Shown: piece after piece, positions 1-9,500 of the stretch
How the letters are laid out: each line of letters begins with the position of its first letter
Numbering within the stretch: the first letter of the stretch is position 1
From: Candidatus Kapaibacterium sp.
GTDB lineage: Bacteria > Bacteroidota > Ignavibacteria > Kapaibacteriales > UBA2268
NCBI GenBank assembly: GCA_963664875.1
Contig: OY761611.1
Location: 2,496,001-2,560,000 of the forward strand
Direction: 5' to 3'
Length of the DNA stretch: 64,000 nt
The notes under the pieces: generated by a model
The model's input: the letters and a program-made list of their open reading frames with translations, nothing else
Database searches by the model: none
Told to the model about the DNA's origin: nothing
Translations under genes and position numbers: made by a program

Positions 1-1215
1 GCCTTTATGCGAATCTTTCATTTGGTCTTTTATATTTTCGATATAATCAGATATGTCCCTCGTCCAATCAAAGTTATTTAAAGTCAGTTCAGAACCGTCC
101 GGCAAGAGGTTGTCGAAGCGTCGTTTTTTTAGGAATTCCTGGAAAAGCTGGAAAACATCCAAATCATACCATTTTGCATTCCTAAAGAAGAACTTGACAG
201 TTTCATCGTGGCGCTCTTTAGTTTCTTCAGCGGACTGAGCGATTTTTTCTGACATCATAAACTCAGGATATTTTTTGAAAGGCAACCTGTAAACTGAGTT
301 AAAGTAAGTATTCAAAATGGTTATAATTTGAGCTTCTTTCATTATCTCTTTGCCTGATAATGCATTTGGCCAACCTGATCCGTCATTGTGTTCCCACAAC
401 TGAGAGAGTATCTGAGTGTAAGGCTTTAGGGCTGTGATTTTCATTAGAGATTGTAAAGTAGAAGTATAATATCCAAAAAATTCTTCCTTTTCTTTTGGGT
501 TTACCAAATCATGAGGCTCGATCAGATGATATTTTATAGGCAATTTATAACCAAGTGCCGGAAAAAGCATGGCAGCCAAAATAGTTTTTTTGATGTTTTC
601 AGGTTTTAGCTCAAGTTCCTCAGCCATTAGTTTTATATTTTCCATAAGAGCAGTAGTTTTATTCTTAAAATAAAATCTCTTTTGAAAAGTATTAAACCCG
701 TTGATTATCTGTATGATATTTAGAGCAGTACCGGCATCACTTTGATTAGAAGTCTGAGCCGCAGGTTTTTGATCTTTTAACTGAGCTTTTAGCTGCGTAA
801 CCAGTTTGATGTTATTTATTTTAGATTTATAAGTATCAAATGCCACTTTTACTGTTTGAACAAGCTCCATCTCTTCTGCAGGCTTAGTTAGGTACATATA
901 TGCCTGCCCTTCATTGATAGCTGCAATGATATCTTTCGGGTTAGAGTAGCCCGTAAGAATAATACGCGTAGCATGCGGTACAAACTTTATACTACGTTTT
1001 AGGAATTCCGAACCATTCATACCCGGCATTTTTTGATCGCTGATAATAACTCCGGGTTTGAATCCTGCTTCCAACATACTCAAAGCTTTCTCAGGATGGT
1101 CTGCGGTTTGTACATTATAATGTTTTTTAAACATTCTTTCTAATATTTTGAGTAAAGTCAATTCGTCATCGACTATCAGTAAGTTATTTTGCGGAGTATT
1201 TACAGGTTCTGGCAT
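1..1215 (-). CDS. Response regulator (REC) fused to a degenerate HD-GYP-like domain; 3' end runs off the window
   Basis: Not in the ORF track. Manual translation from ATG 1215 gives MPEPVNTPQNNLLIVDDE...VIISDQKMPGMNG...IILTGY...YLTKP (REC), then WEHNDGSGWPNALSGKEI (HD-GYP-like). Frame is open to base 1. Confidence 0.85.
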   Translation of the reverse strand, partial: MPEPVNTPQNNLLIVDDELTLLKILERMFKKHYNVQTADHPEKALSMLEAGFKPGVIISDQKMPGMNGSEFLKRSIKFVPHATRIILTGYSNPKDIIAAINEGQAYMYLTKPAEEMELVQTVKVAFDTYKSKINNIKLVTQLKAQLKDQKPAAQTSNQSDAGTALNIIQIINGFNTFQKRFYFKNKTTALMENIKLMAEELELKPENIKKTILAAMLFPALGYKLPIKYHLIEPHDLVNPKEKEEFFGYYTSTLQSLMKITALKPYTQILSQLWEHNDGSGWPNALSGKEIMKEAQIITILNTYFNSVYRLPFKKYPEFMMSEKIAQSAEETKERHDETVKFFFRNAKWYDLDVFQLFQEFLKKRRFDNLLPDGSELTLNNFDWTRDISDYIENIKDQMKDSHKG

Positions 1216-1339
1216 ATTATTTGACTATATTATTAACAAACATTAGATAAAGATAATCTTTTATGCTATGCAAAGATGAATAGCTTTATAAAAATATATA
1301 GACTAACATAAGTTTAAAAAAGTATAAATCGGATAAAAA

Positions 1340-2791
1340 TTGTTAAGTACTTCAAAAATATCATCTATCTTAGAAGCTAATCCAATATACGGATATTTGG
1401 GTATGGTGGTAGCTGTTTTATGCATAATTTTTGAATTTTCATTGCCTCATCAGTATAGCAATAATCTAACAAATATGCTAATATTTACACCTGCAGTCAT
1501 ATTCCCATTTATTTTGAAAAGTCGTAGCGGTTATTACATATTAATAAGTATAGCAATTGCTCATCTCTTTGCCCGGTATTTTACAGGACAGGCAATAGAA
1601 ACAATCTTATTCAACCTTTTGCCTTTCTGGATATTAGCCGTTCTGTTTTATATATTACTTTGCAAACAACTTAAGTATCGTGAAGACATAGAAAAAGAGC
1701 TTTCTCTAAGGAAAGAGTTGGAAAAAGAAGCAGTAATGGAATCGGTAATTCTTCAGGAAAAAAATTCTCTTTTGGAGCAGGAAATTCTGGAAAGAAGAAA
1801 AATTCAAAAAGAGCTGAGAACTGCAAATACGTATTATGCAAATCTTATAGATAATGCAGGGATTGCAATGGGCATAGCCGATTTGCAAGGTAATATTAGC
1901 TATGTAAATGAAATATTTGCTTCTATATACAAATTGTCAAAAGAAGAAATAATAGGTCAGCCTTTTGTGAATATGCTTCCGGACTACGAACAGGCAAAAC
2001 TATATAGATTATTTAGTGATAAAATTTCCGGAGAACAGACTCCCGGAAACTTAATAACACATATATTAGATTCCGAGGGGAACTTGATTCATGTTCAGCT
2101 CATATCCGACCTTGTATTCGAAAATGATGAGATTGCAGGTGTTAGGGCATATATATGGGATATAACTGAACAGGTATTGACCGAAAACGCCATCAGAGAA
2201 AGCGAAGAAAAGTTTAGAAGTATTTTTGAATTTTCGCCTATGGGCATATATAGAAGTTCTGTCGAAGGTAGAATTATCCTTGCGAACCCGGCACTATTGA
2301 AAATGCTTAGATATCCTGATTTAGAAACTTTAAAAGGTATTGATCTAAATCAGAAACATCCTGCACTTTATGATAGAGGTGAATTAATTGCTGAGCTTGA
2401 AGAAAATGGAAAAGTTATAGGAAAAGTTGCAGAATGGGAACGTTACGATGGTGCTATTCTCTATATCAAAGAAACCAGTTGGGTAATTCATGACGAAGAA
2501 GGGAATATCAAATATTTTGACGGCATAATTGATGATGTAACTGAGCAAGTACAGGCAGAGCAGGAAAAAGAAAGACTTATCGAACAGTTGATGAGTGCAA
2601 AAAGCGAAATACACAGGCTTAGCGGCATGTTACCTATTTGCTCAAATTGCAAAAAAATCCGCGATGATACCGGCTATTGGCATCAGCTCGAAGTTTACAT
2701 AGATGACCACTCTGATGCTCAGTTTAGTCATGGTATTTGCCCTGATTGTGCCCAATCATTATATCCCGATTATGCAGATGATGAAGATTAG
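1340..2791 (+). CDS. Membrane PAS-PAS sensor with a C-terminal CxxCKKIRD...SHGICPDC tail and no kinase domain
   Basis: N-terminal hydrophobic helices, coiled coil, two PAS/PAC units (DITEQ, DVTEQ), Cys-rich tail. Confidence 0.85.
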   Translation: MLSTSKISSILEANPIYGYLGMVVAVLCIIFEFSLPHQYSNNLTNMLIFTPAVIFPFILKSRSGYYILISIAIAHLFARYFTGQAIETILFNLLPFWILAVLFYILLCKQLKYREDIEKELSLRKELEKEAVMESVILQEKNSLLEQEILERRKIQKELRTANTYYANLIDNAGIAMGIADLQGNISYVNEIFASIYKLSKEEIIGQPFVNMLPDYEQAKLYRLFSDKISGEQTPGNLITHILDSEGNLIHVQLISDLVFENDEIAGVRAYIWDITEQVLTENAIRESEEKFRSIFEFSPMGIYRSSVEGRIILANPALLKMLRYPDLETLKGIDLNQKHPALYDRGELIAELEENGKVIGKVAEWERYDGAILYIKETSWVIHDEEGNIKYFDGIIDDVTEQVQAEQEKERLIEQLMSAKSEIHRLSGMLPICSNCKKIRDDTGYWHQLEVYIDDHSDAQFSHGICPDCAQSLYPDYADDED

Positions 2792-2821
2792 AGCAAAACA
2801 CATTCCTTTGTAGATGTCCAA

Positions 2822-3943
2822 TCAGGATAAGATATTTTTATAAACCTCATGTCCAAAATGAGCAAACTGGTCGAAATAACCCGAAAACCATTGATTAAGT
2901 TGTATGCCGGCTGCCTGAGACTTAAGTAAATCTTCCTTTGTCTCGATGCCGCCGGTTCTTATAACATGAAACTCTCGCGACAAATTCTTAGACTTCAGAT
3001 ATGTAACAGCATTAGAAGCAAGTTGAAGTGAGTTTTCTTTCAACAATCTTCCGCTTAGACCTCCACCAAATGACTTAGTGAAAAAGTCAAAGTTTTTGAA
3101 ATCCCGTTTATCCATAAGAGTTCTATAATATTCATAACGAATAGAAGTATTACCAAGATTGATTCCATCAAAGCCAAGATTGTAAAGAGCATCAATCAAA
3201 GACGGAATTTGATGTAACTCTGTATCATTTGAAAATTTTACTATTACGGGTAGATTTCGTTGCCTTTTATTTAGGAAAGCTTTGCTGACAAATTCCAATC
3301 TTTCGATAAGTTTACTGTCAAGTGCAGCCGAACTCTCATCTCCATGTTCATGTGGAACATTAGGACAGCTTTCGTTTAACTCGATAAAGCAAACACCTGC
3401 TTTGTCATAAAGTTGAAACCCATCTAAGAGACCCTGCATTGCGTCTTTTCCTGTTAGTTCCGGTGCGGAGCTAATTGAAACGCCGATTGGACAATTTTTT
3501 CTATGACCTAATTTAGCAATACGTGATGCCACTACTGCGTGTCCTTCGTTAGGCAATCCCATCCAGTTGGAAGCAGAACCCGAAAAAGTATAAGGAATGA
3601 AAGGATGCTTTATGCCGAGACTGGTATTGCCAGTTCTGGGAAGAGAAGTAGTTGTTCCTGCTAAGTATGCACCCGCTCCCTGGGCAGCCACAACTTCGTA
3701 AGCCTCGCCAAGTTTGAACATCCCAGCAGCATTAAAAATTCCGTTTCCGAAATTCAAATCCCAAAGCTTAAGATTATGAGAGTTATCAGGAATAAATGCA
3801 TTTTTGGGCACGTCTTTTGCAAATTCTGATAAAAATATCTTTCTGCCTGCTGAATAAACAGCAGAATTTAGACGAGCAGGAAACTTTGATAAAATAGGTC
3901 TGAATACCAGATCAGACTTAGCCATAAACTCTGCAAAACCCAT
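2822..3943 (-). CDS. pyrD: Dihydroorotate dehydrogenase-family flavoprotein
   Basis: Motifs NAAG, GTTT..PRTGN, NWMGLPNEG, NESCPN, VIVK, GGLSG, GGI. Confidence 0.8.
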   Translation of the reverse strand: MGFAEFMAKSDLVFRPILSKFPARLNSAVYSAGRKIFLSEFAKDVPKNAFIPDNSHNLKLWDLNFGNGIFNAAGMFKLGEAYEVVAAQGAGAYLAGTTTSLPRTGNTSLGIKHPFIPYTFSGSASNWMGLPNEGHAVVASRIAKLGHRKNCPIGVSISSAPELTGKDAMQGLLDGFQLYDKAGVCFIELNESCPNVPHEHGDESSAALDSKLIERLEFVSKAFLNKRQRNLPVIVKFSNDTELHQIPSLIDALYNLGFDGINLGNTSIRYEYYRTLMDKRDFKNFDFFTKSFGGGLSGRLLKENSLQLASNAVTYLKSKNLSREFHVIRTGGIETKEDLLKSQAAGIQLNQWFSGYFDQFAHFGHEVYKNILS

Positions 3944-3945
3944 CT

Positions 3946-5634
3946 CTATAATTCCTTTCTAAGCCGAGCTACCGGTATTTTAAGTTGTTCTCTGTATTTA
4001 GCTACAGTTCTTCGAGCTACATTGTAGCCTTTATCTTTTAAATATTTCGAGATTTTCTCATCACTTAGAGGTTTTGATTTGGACTCTTCTCCAATGATGT
4101 CAACAATTATCTGTTTAATTACTCGAGTCGAAACCTCTTCGCCTTCATCGTTTGGTAAAGATTCGCTAAAGAAAAATTTCAGTTCGTAAGTCCCAAATTC
4201 CGTTTGCACATATTTTCCGTTCACAATACGGCAAACAGTAGAAATATCCAAGCCTGTTTCTTCAGCAATGTCTTTGTAAATGAGGGGTTTAAGAGCAGAC
4301 TGACCTTCCTCAAAGAAATCTTTTTGCTTGTGAGCGATGGCAGTCATAACTTTGAGCATAGTTGCTTTTCTTTGCCTGATAGCTTGGATAAGGAACTTAG
4401 CATCTTCGTATTTATTTCTAATCCAATTTTTAGTGTCTTTATTAAACTTTTTCAGTTTAGCTTCCTTTTTTAGCTTATCATAAGCAGTGCTAAGCTGAAT
4501 TTGCGGCATAGTCGAATCGTTTACTGTTATCATAAGCTCGTTGGTCTCATCGTCTATTGCGACAATGAAATCAGGGATTACAGTATTTGTCTCTGACTGG
4601 AAAGCACCGCCACCCGGTTTCGGATTTAACCTCCTAATGACTTCCAGAGCCTCACGGAGATACTCCTCGCCGACTTCAAGATTTTTTGTGATTACACTAT
4701 AATGCTTTTTAGTAAAAGCATCATAAGCGTTTTCCAATATTTCAATAGCAAGTTTTTGAGCTGCGTTTGTTTTAGGCAAAATATATAACTGAGACAGCAA
4801 GCATTCTCTAATATCTCTGGAACCAATGCCCGGCGGATCAAGGGTTTGGATAATCCCAAGAACCTTTTCAGCTTGATTCAAATCTATGAAATCGAATCCG
4901 TCTAAAGCAATGATTTCATCTTTTTTAGCATTATTTATAAGTATGCCTGTCAATTTACTTCGAACATGATCGAGCATTTGAAGACCGGACTCAGAAACTG
5001 TGAACTGTCGGGCAGGGTTGTAATTTTCCTGCATTTCCTCAAAAATGTCGTCTATTTCACTTTCTTGAAGCTCGAGATTGAGTTCGGAAATATGATTATT
5101 TGTTTCTTCTACAATTTCCGGCAAAGCTCTTCGCAGATAACCGTCATCATCAATATTCCAGATAATGTGGGTGCCGACTATAAACTCTTCCTGAGTAATG
5201 GGCTGCAGTCTAAGCTGTTCTACCAATTCTTCGAAAAACGACTGAGTATCTCGGATTTGGAAAGGCTCCCCATCATCGTCGTCTTCAAAACTGTTGTTTT
5301 TTTGTCTTGGCGAAGCAGTGTCGTCCTCCCACAAGACTTTATAAAATTCGAATGGGTCTTTGTCATCATTGAATTGCTGTTTCAGTGCTTCGTGGCTTGT
5401 GTCGTCATCGCCCTGGAAGTCTGTCTCAGGATGTTCATGTTCGGAAAAGTCTTTGGGTTGTTCAATTTCTATATCAAAATCATTAATTTCTTCGAGCATG
5501 GGATTCAATTCAATTTCCTGCATTACCTGCTGTTCTAACTGAATGATAGGTAATTGCAAAAGCTTAAGGTACTGAATCTGTTGCGGAGTCAGCGTTTGCG
5601 AAAGTGAGGTTTTTATGTCTAACGATAGTTTCAT
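3946..5634 (-). CDS. rpoN: RNA polymerase sigma-54 factor
   Basis: Q/L-rich region I, DPPGIGSR, HTH (DIAEETGLDISTVCR), RpoN box ARRTVAKYRE. Confidence 0.97.
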   Translation of the reverse strand: MKLSLDIKTSLSQTLTPQQIQYLKLLQLPIIQLEQQVMQEIELNPMLEEINDFDIEIEQPKDFSEHEHPETDFQGDDDTSHEALKQQFNDDKDPFEFYKVLWEDDTASPRQKNNSFEDDDDGEPFQIRDTQSFFEELVEQLRLQPITQEEFIVGTHIIWNIDDDGYLRRALPEIVEETNNHISELNLELQESEIDDIFEEMQENYNPARQFTVSESGLQMLDHVRSKLTGILINNAKKDEIIALDGFDFIDLNQAEKVLGIIQTLDPPGIGSRDIRECLLSQLYILPKTNAAQKLAIEILENAYDAFTKKHYSVITKNLEVGEEYLREALEVIRRLNPKPGGGAFQSETNTVIPDFIVAIDDETNELMITVNDSTMPQIQLSTAYDKLKKEAKLKKFNKDTKNWIRNKYEDAKFLIQAIRQRKATMLKVMTAIAHKQKDFFEEGQSALKPLIYKDIAEETGLDISTVCRIVNGKYVQTEFGTYELKFFFSESLPNDEGEEVSTRVIKQIIVDIIGEESKSKPLSDEKISKYLKDKGYNVARRTVAKYREQLKIPVARLRKEL

Positions 5635-5707
5635 AGCACACCGTAATCAGTAGGACTTAAATTTCAGAAGCCGAAGATTCTGATTACAGGGAGAAATCAA
5701 TACAATA

Positions 5708-5739
5708 CAAAATTAGTATCCAATTTTTTTCCCCCCGAA
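5708..5739 (-). promoter_or_regulatory. Candidate Bacteroidota-type primary-sigma promoter for rpoN
   Basis: Minus strand TTCG-N20-TAATTTTG, the same spacing as the rRNA promoters. Confidence 0.55.
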
Positions 5740-5791
5740 TAAAAACCGGATAAATGAGATATCTTCAATAATTTGAAGCGAAACAGATTGT

Positions 5792-6352
5792 TTACTTGCT
5801 ATCTTCGATTGTTTCTATGAGAGCATTGTACCAATCTTCGCCATATTTTCTAATAAGTGCATCTTTTACACATTCTAAGAGCGAAATGTTTTCTTTGCTA
5901 CCTCTGTGTAAAGCAGGTTTGCATTCGGCAATTTTCTCATAATAGAGCATGGGACCGCCAAACTGACCAACACGAATAGGAAACAAATGACAAGAAATAG
6001 GCTTTCTGAATTTGGATTTTCCGTCAAAGTAAGCTTTTTCCAGAGCACAAAGAGCTTTATCTCCATCGTAATATACAAAGACGCAATCTTTATGATCTAT
6101 ACAAACTGTTGCGAGCTCATCTCCTTCGCCTTCTACAAAGCCAAATTCTTCGATATATTTTCGGGATTTTTCAGAAAGATATTCCCAAGCTGCACCGAAG
6201 CTTTCTTTGATTAGTTCTACTTCTTCTTCAAGAACAGGAGCTCCGAAATCACCTTCAAAAGTGCAACAGGCACCTTTGCAGGCATCCAAATCGCAAGCAA
6301 AATTTGCTCTGCCAATTTCTTCATCAACTAAAACACTATCTATAATAAACAT
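5792..6352 (-). CDS. DUF3109-like Cys-rich protein
   Basis: FACDLDACKGACC..GD.GAP, CVF, KPISCHLFPIR, ALIRKYGEDWY. ATG 6352 (MFIIDSVLV) is preferred over the GTG at 6430. Confidence 0.8.
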   Translation of the reverse strand: MFIIDSVLVDEEIGRANFACDLDACKGACCTFEGDFGAPVLEEEVELIKESFGAAWEYLSEKSRKYIEEFGFVEGEGDELATVCIDHKDCVFVYYDGDKALCALEKAYFDGKSKFRKPISCHLFPIRVGQFGGPMLYYEKIAECKPALHRGSKENISLLECVKDALIRKYGEDWYNALIETIEDSK

Positions 6353-6524
6353 ATTTAACCAAATTACAAAGAAAATTTTATGCCAAATTTTGAATTCAAT
6401 ATAAACAATATTTACGAAACTCCAAAACACAATACTCTAAATGTTTGGTAGTTAGAGAGATAGATGGCAAATAGCGGCAAGGATAAATTAAAGAATGTGC
6501 GAATTCTATATGAAATATTTTAAC

Positions 6525-6561
6525 AAAAAAAGGATGCCGGAAAAAATCCGAACACCCTTTT
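6525..6561 (-). terminator. Intrinsic terminator after the fibre-like gene
   Basis: Minus strand AAAAGGGTGTTCGGA-loop-TCCGGCATCC followed by a T run. Confidence 0.65.
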
Positions 6562-6592
6562 GTTGTGTGTTGTCATTGAGAAATTTATGTTG

Positions 6593-9500
6593 TTAGTTCT
6601 GCCCAATGATATACCATTGAGTTCCATCGCTGATGATTTTGACGTATTTGAATCCTGCCAAATTTATTGGTAAATTACTATCATCTACTTGTTTACCATT
6701 AGCATTGAAGGTGACATCATGAGCATTGCTAATATTTTTAATCAAATAAGTTCTTCCAGTACGTAAAGAAGCGTCAGGCAAATTAATATTAACTATTGCT
6801 GCGTTAGTATTTACTAAAATTATATTATCATTTTCACCAATCATATAATTTGTCATGGACACAGACTCAATCTTAGTAACTCCATAACTCACAGAGCCAC
6901 CAATATTAACAGTTGAATTTGCATCAAGATTGGCAGTACTACCTGCAGTGAATACTGGGCCATCGTTGCCGTTAATACCATTGGATGCTCTTATAGTAGC
7001 CTCATCAGAATTGTTAGATGCAACTATAGAGTTAGCATTTTCGTTTTGGATATTAATACCTTGTGTTTGATCATGAGTAATTACTTCTATTCCCTGACCT
7101 TGATTTGCATTGTCACCGTCTTCAATATCAACAGTTAATCCAATTGGATTACCCGCTCCGGCAGACTCGTTTACATAAATAAGCATACCTTTCTGTGGAC
7201 CGTCGTGTTTTACAAAGCTTACATACTGATTATTTGTTGTCTTAGTATTTGCCGCCATTGAAGCAAATGCACTAACTGAAGAGTTTTGCAGAACACTCAA
7301 AATTATTTCTTGATCAGTTGAATTGGCTTCATTTTGTATGCGAACAACGTTATCACTGTTGCCTGTAGTATTGTCTTCAAATAGAGTTTTGCCGACAAAG
7401 CGACTATTCCCATCAACTTCAAACTTGGCAATTGGATTTTCTGTTCCAATACCAAAATATTTATTTGAATTTATAGTAGCAACGACATCACCCATGACAG
7501 AAAACTTCATTTTTTGTTGGTTGATAGGGAAATCTGTAATCTCAACTTTCGTTGATTTGTCTTCTGATTGTAATACTTTGAGAATTGTTGGTATCCAAGA
7601 ATTCTCGAGGTTGCTCCACATCAAAACTTCTTCATCATTAGGAGCATTTGCAGAAACTGCTCTACCTTGGATTTTACCGACTGTCGTATTTTTATAATCA
7701 CCAGTAATGTCACCTACAATTTGCTCAGAGCTAGTGAGGACTTCTTGATTAACATATTCTGTTCCGTTATACACTAGTGCATGATTTGAACCTAGTGTCG
7801 CCGGGTTTATTGTTAACGTTTGTCCTTGGATATTAGACAACTGCGTATTTTTATAATCACCGGTAACGTCACCTACAATTTGCTCAGAGTTAGTGAGAAC
7901 TTCTTGATTAACATATTCTGTTCCGTTATAAACTAGTGCATGATTTGAGCCTAGTGTCGCCGGGTTTATTGTTAACGTTTGTCCTTGGATATTAGACAAC
8001 TGCGTATTTTTATAATCACCGGTAACGTCACCTACAATTTGCTCAGAGCTAGTGAGAACTTCTTGATTAACATATTCTGTTCCGTTATAAACTAGTGCAT
8101 GATTTGAGCCTAGTGTCGCCGGGTTTATTGTTAACGTTTGTCCCTGGATTCTGGACAACTGCGTATTTTTATAATCACCGGTAACGTCACCTACAATTTG
8201 CTCAGAGCTAGTGAGAACTTCTTGATTAACATATTCTGTTCCGTTATAAACTAGTGCATGATTAGCACTTAGTGTCGCCGGGTTAATTGTTAACGATTGT
8301 CCCTGAATTCTTGCAACTGTAGGATTTGGATAGTTACCTCCTAAGTCTCCACCTGCCTGATCCCCATCCATTACTGATAGATTTACTTGTGTATCCACGT
8401 ATCCTTTAACTGCTTTTTCAGTAGGCAAATTAGCATTAGAATTTGCATTTAAAGTATTATCAACAGAAATAGTACTTACAGTTTGATTTGCTAAAGTCAA
8501 AGTACCGGAAACTTCCAAATTGTTTTGTACTTCTAAGTTTCCACCTTTTATGACAACATTTTGTGGGTTGTTGTTTTCTATATTATTGCCTACAACATCC
8601 CAGTTGCTTTGCTCGGTTAGAGATACCCAACCACCGTTTTTGTAAACTTCGAGATTGTTGTTTTTGTATTGAACAGTTCCTTCATTTGAATTATTTGCTT
8701 CGCCGACTATAATTGCACCGCTAACATCCAAGCGTTCTCTTGCTTTTCCATTGCTCAAATCGCCAATTTTTAAATTTTGAGTATTGCTAAAGTGTGCAGC
8801 AACTGTATTGTCAATTTCGACTCTGATTTCGTTATCATTTTCTATAGTAATTTTTGTATCGCCATCTGCATCTGTTATCTCAGACAAATCTATAGCAGCT
8901 ACTTTATTATCTACATAGCCTTGCACTGCACCTTGTGTAGGGATTACATTGTGACTAGCCCCAAGGTTGTCGTCAGAAGAAATAGTATTTACTCCAACTC
9001 CGTTTGCTAATTGCAATTCGCCTGAAATAAGAGCATTGTTAGCAACTATCAAATTGCCATTTTGTACTGTTACATCACCAAGATTTTTGTTGCGGATACC
9101 ATTGCCTACAGTCTCCCATTCGCTTGAAACAGTTAGCGATTTCCATCCTGTGCCATCATGCCCTTTAAAATCATTATCTTCATATTTGATTGTACCCGGA
9201 GTATCGTTTGAAGTACTACCTAATTTAATTGCACCGTTTACATCTAATTGCTCAACTGGCGAATTTGTATTTATACCTATCTTGCCGTTATCATCAATTA
9301 CCATTGCATCTATATCGTTAGCTTTAAAATAGATATGGTTGTCGTTATTGTTTCTGTCCACAGCAATTTCAGTATTGCCGTCATTGTCTATAATTTTTGC
9401 AGTTCGATTATAGGTATCAGTCCAAGCAAGATTGCCTGTTCCGTCATACTGCAATACAAGCCGGGAAGTTCCTGTTGGAGCGGCAAGCCAGTCCCAATTT

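Noticed and set aside
4966-5538. 190-aa antisense ORF in rpoN and similar antisense ORFs across the window
   Set aside because: They lie fully opposite well-supported genes and have no recognisable motifs.
6371-6386. Sigma-54-like TTGGCATAAAATTTTC upstream of the DUF3109-like gene
   Set aside because: The -12 element is non-canonical and it would leave only about 7 nt of leader; too weak.
7686-8311. CRISPR array
   Set aside because: Contiguous in-frame coding repeats with no unique spacers and no cas genes.
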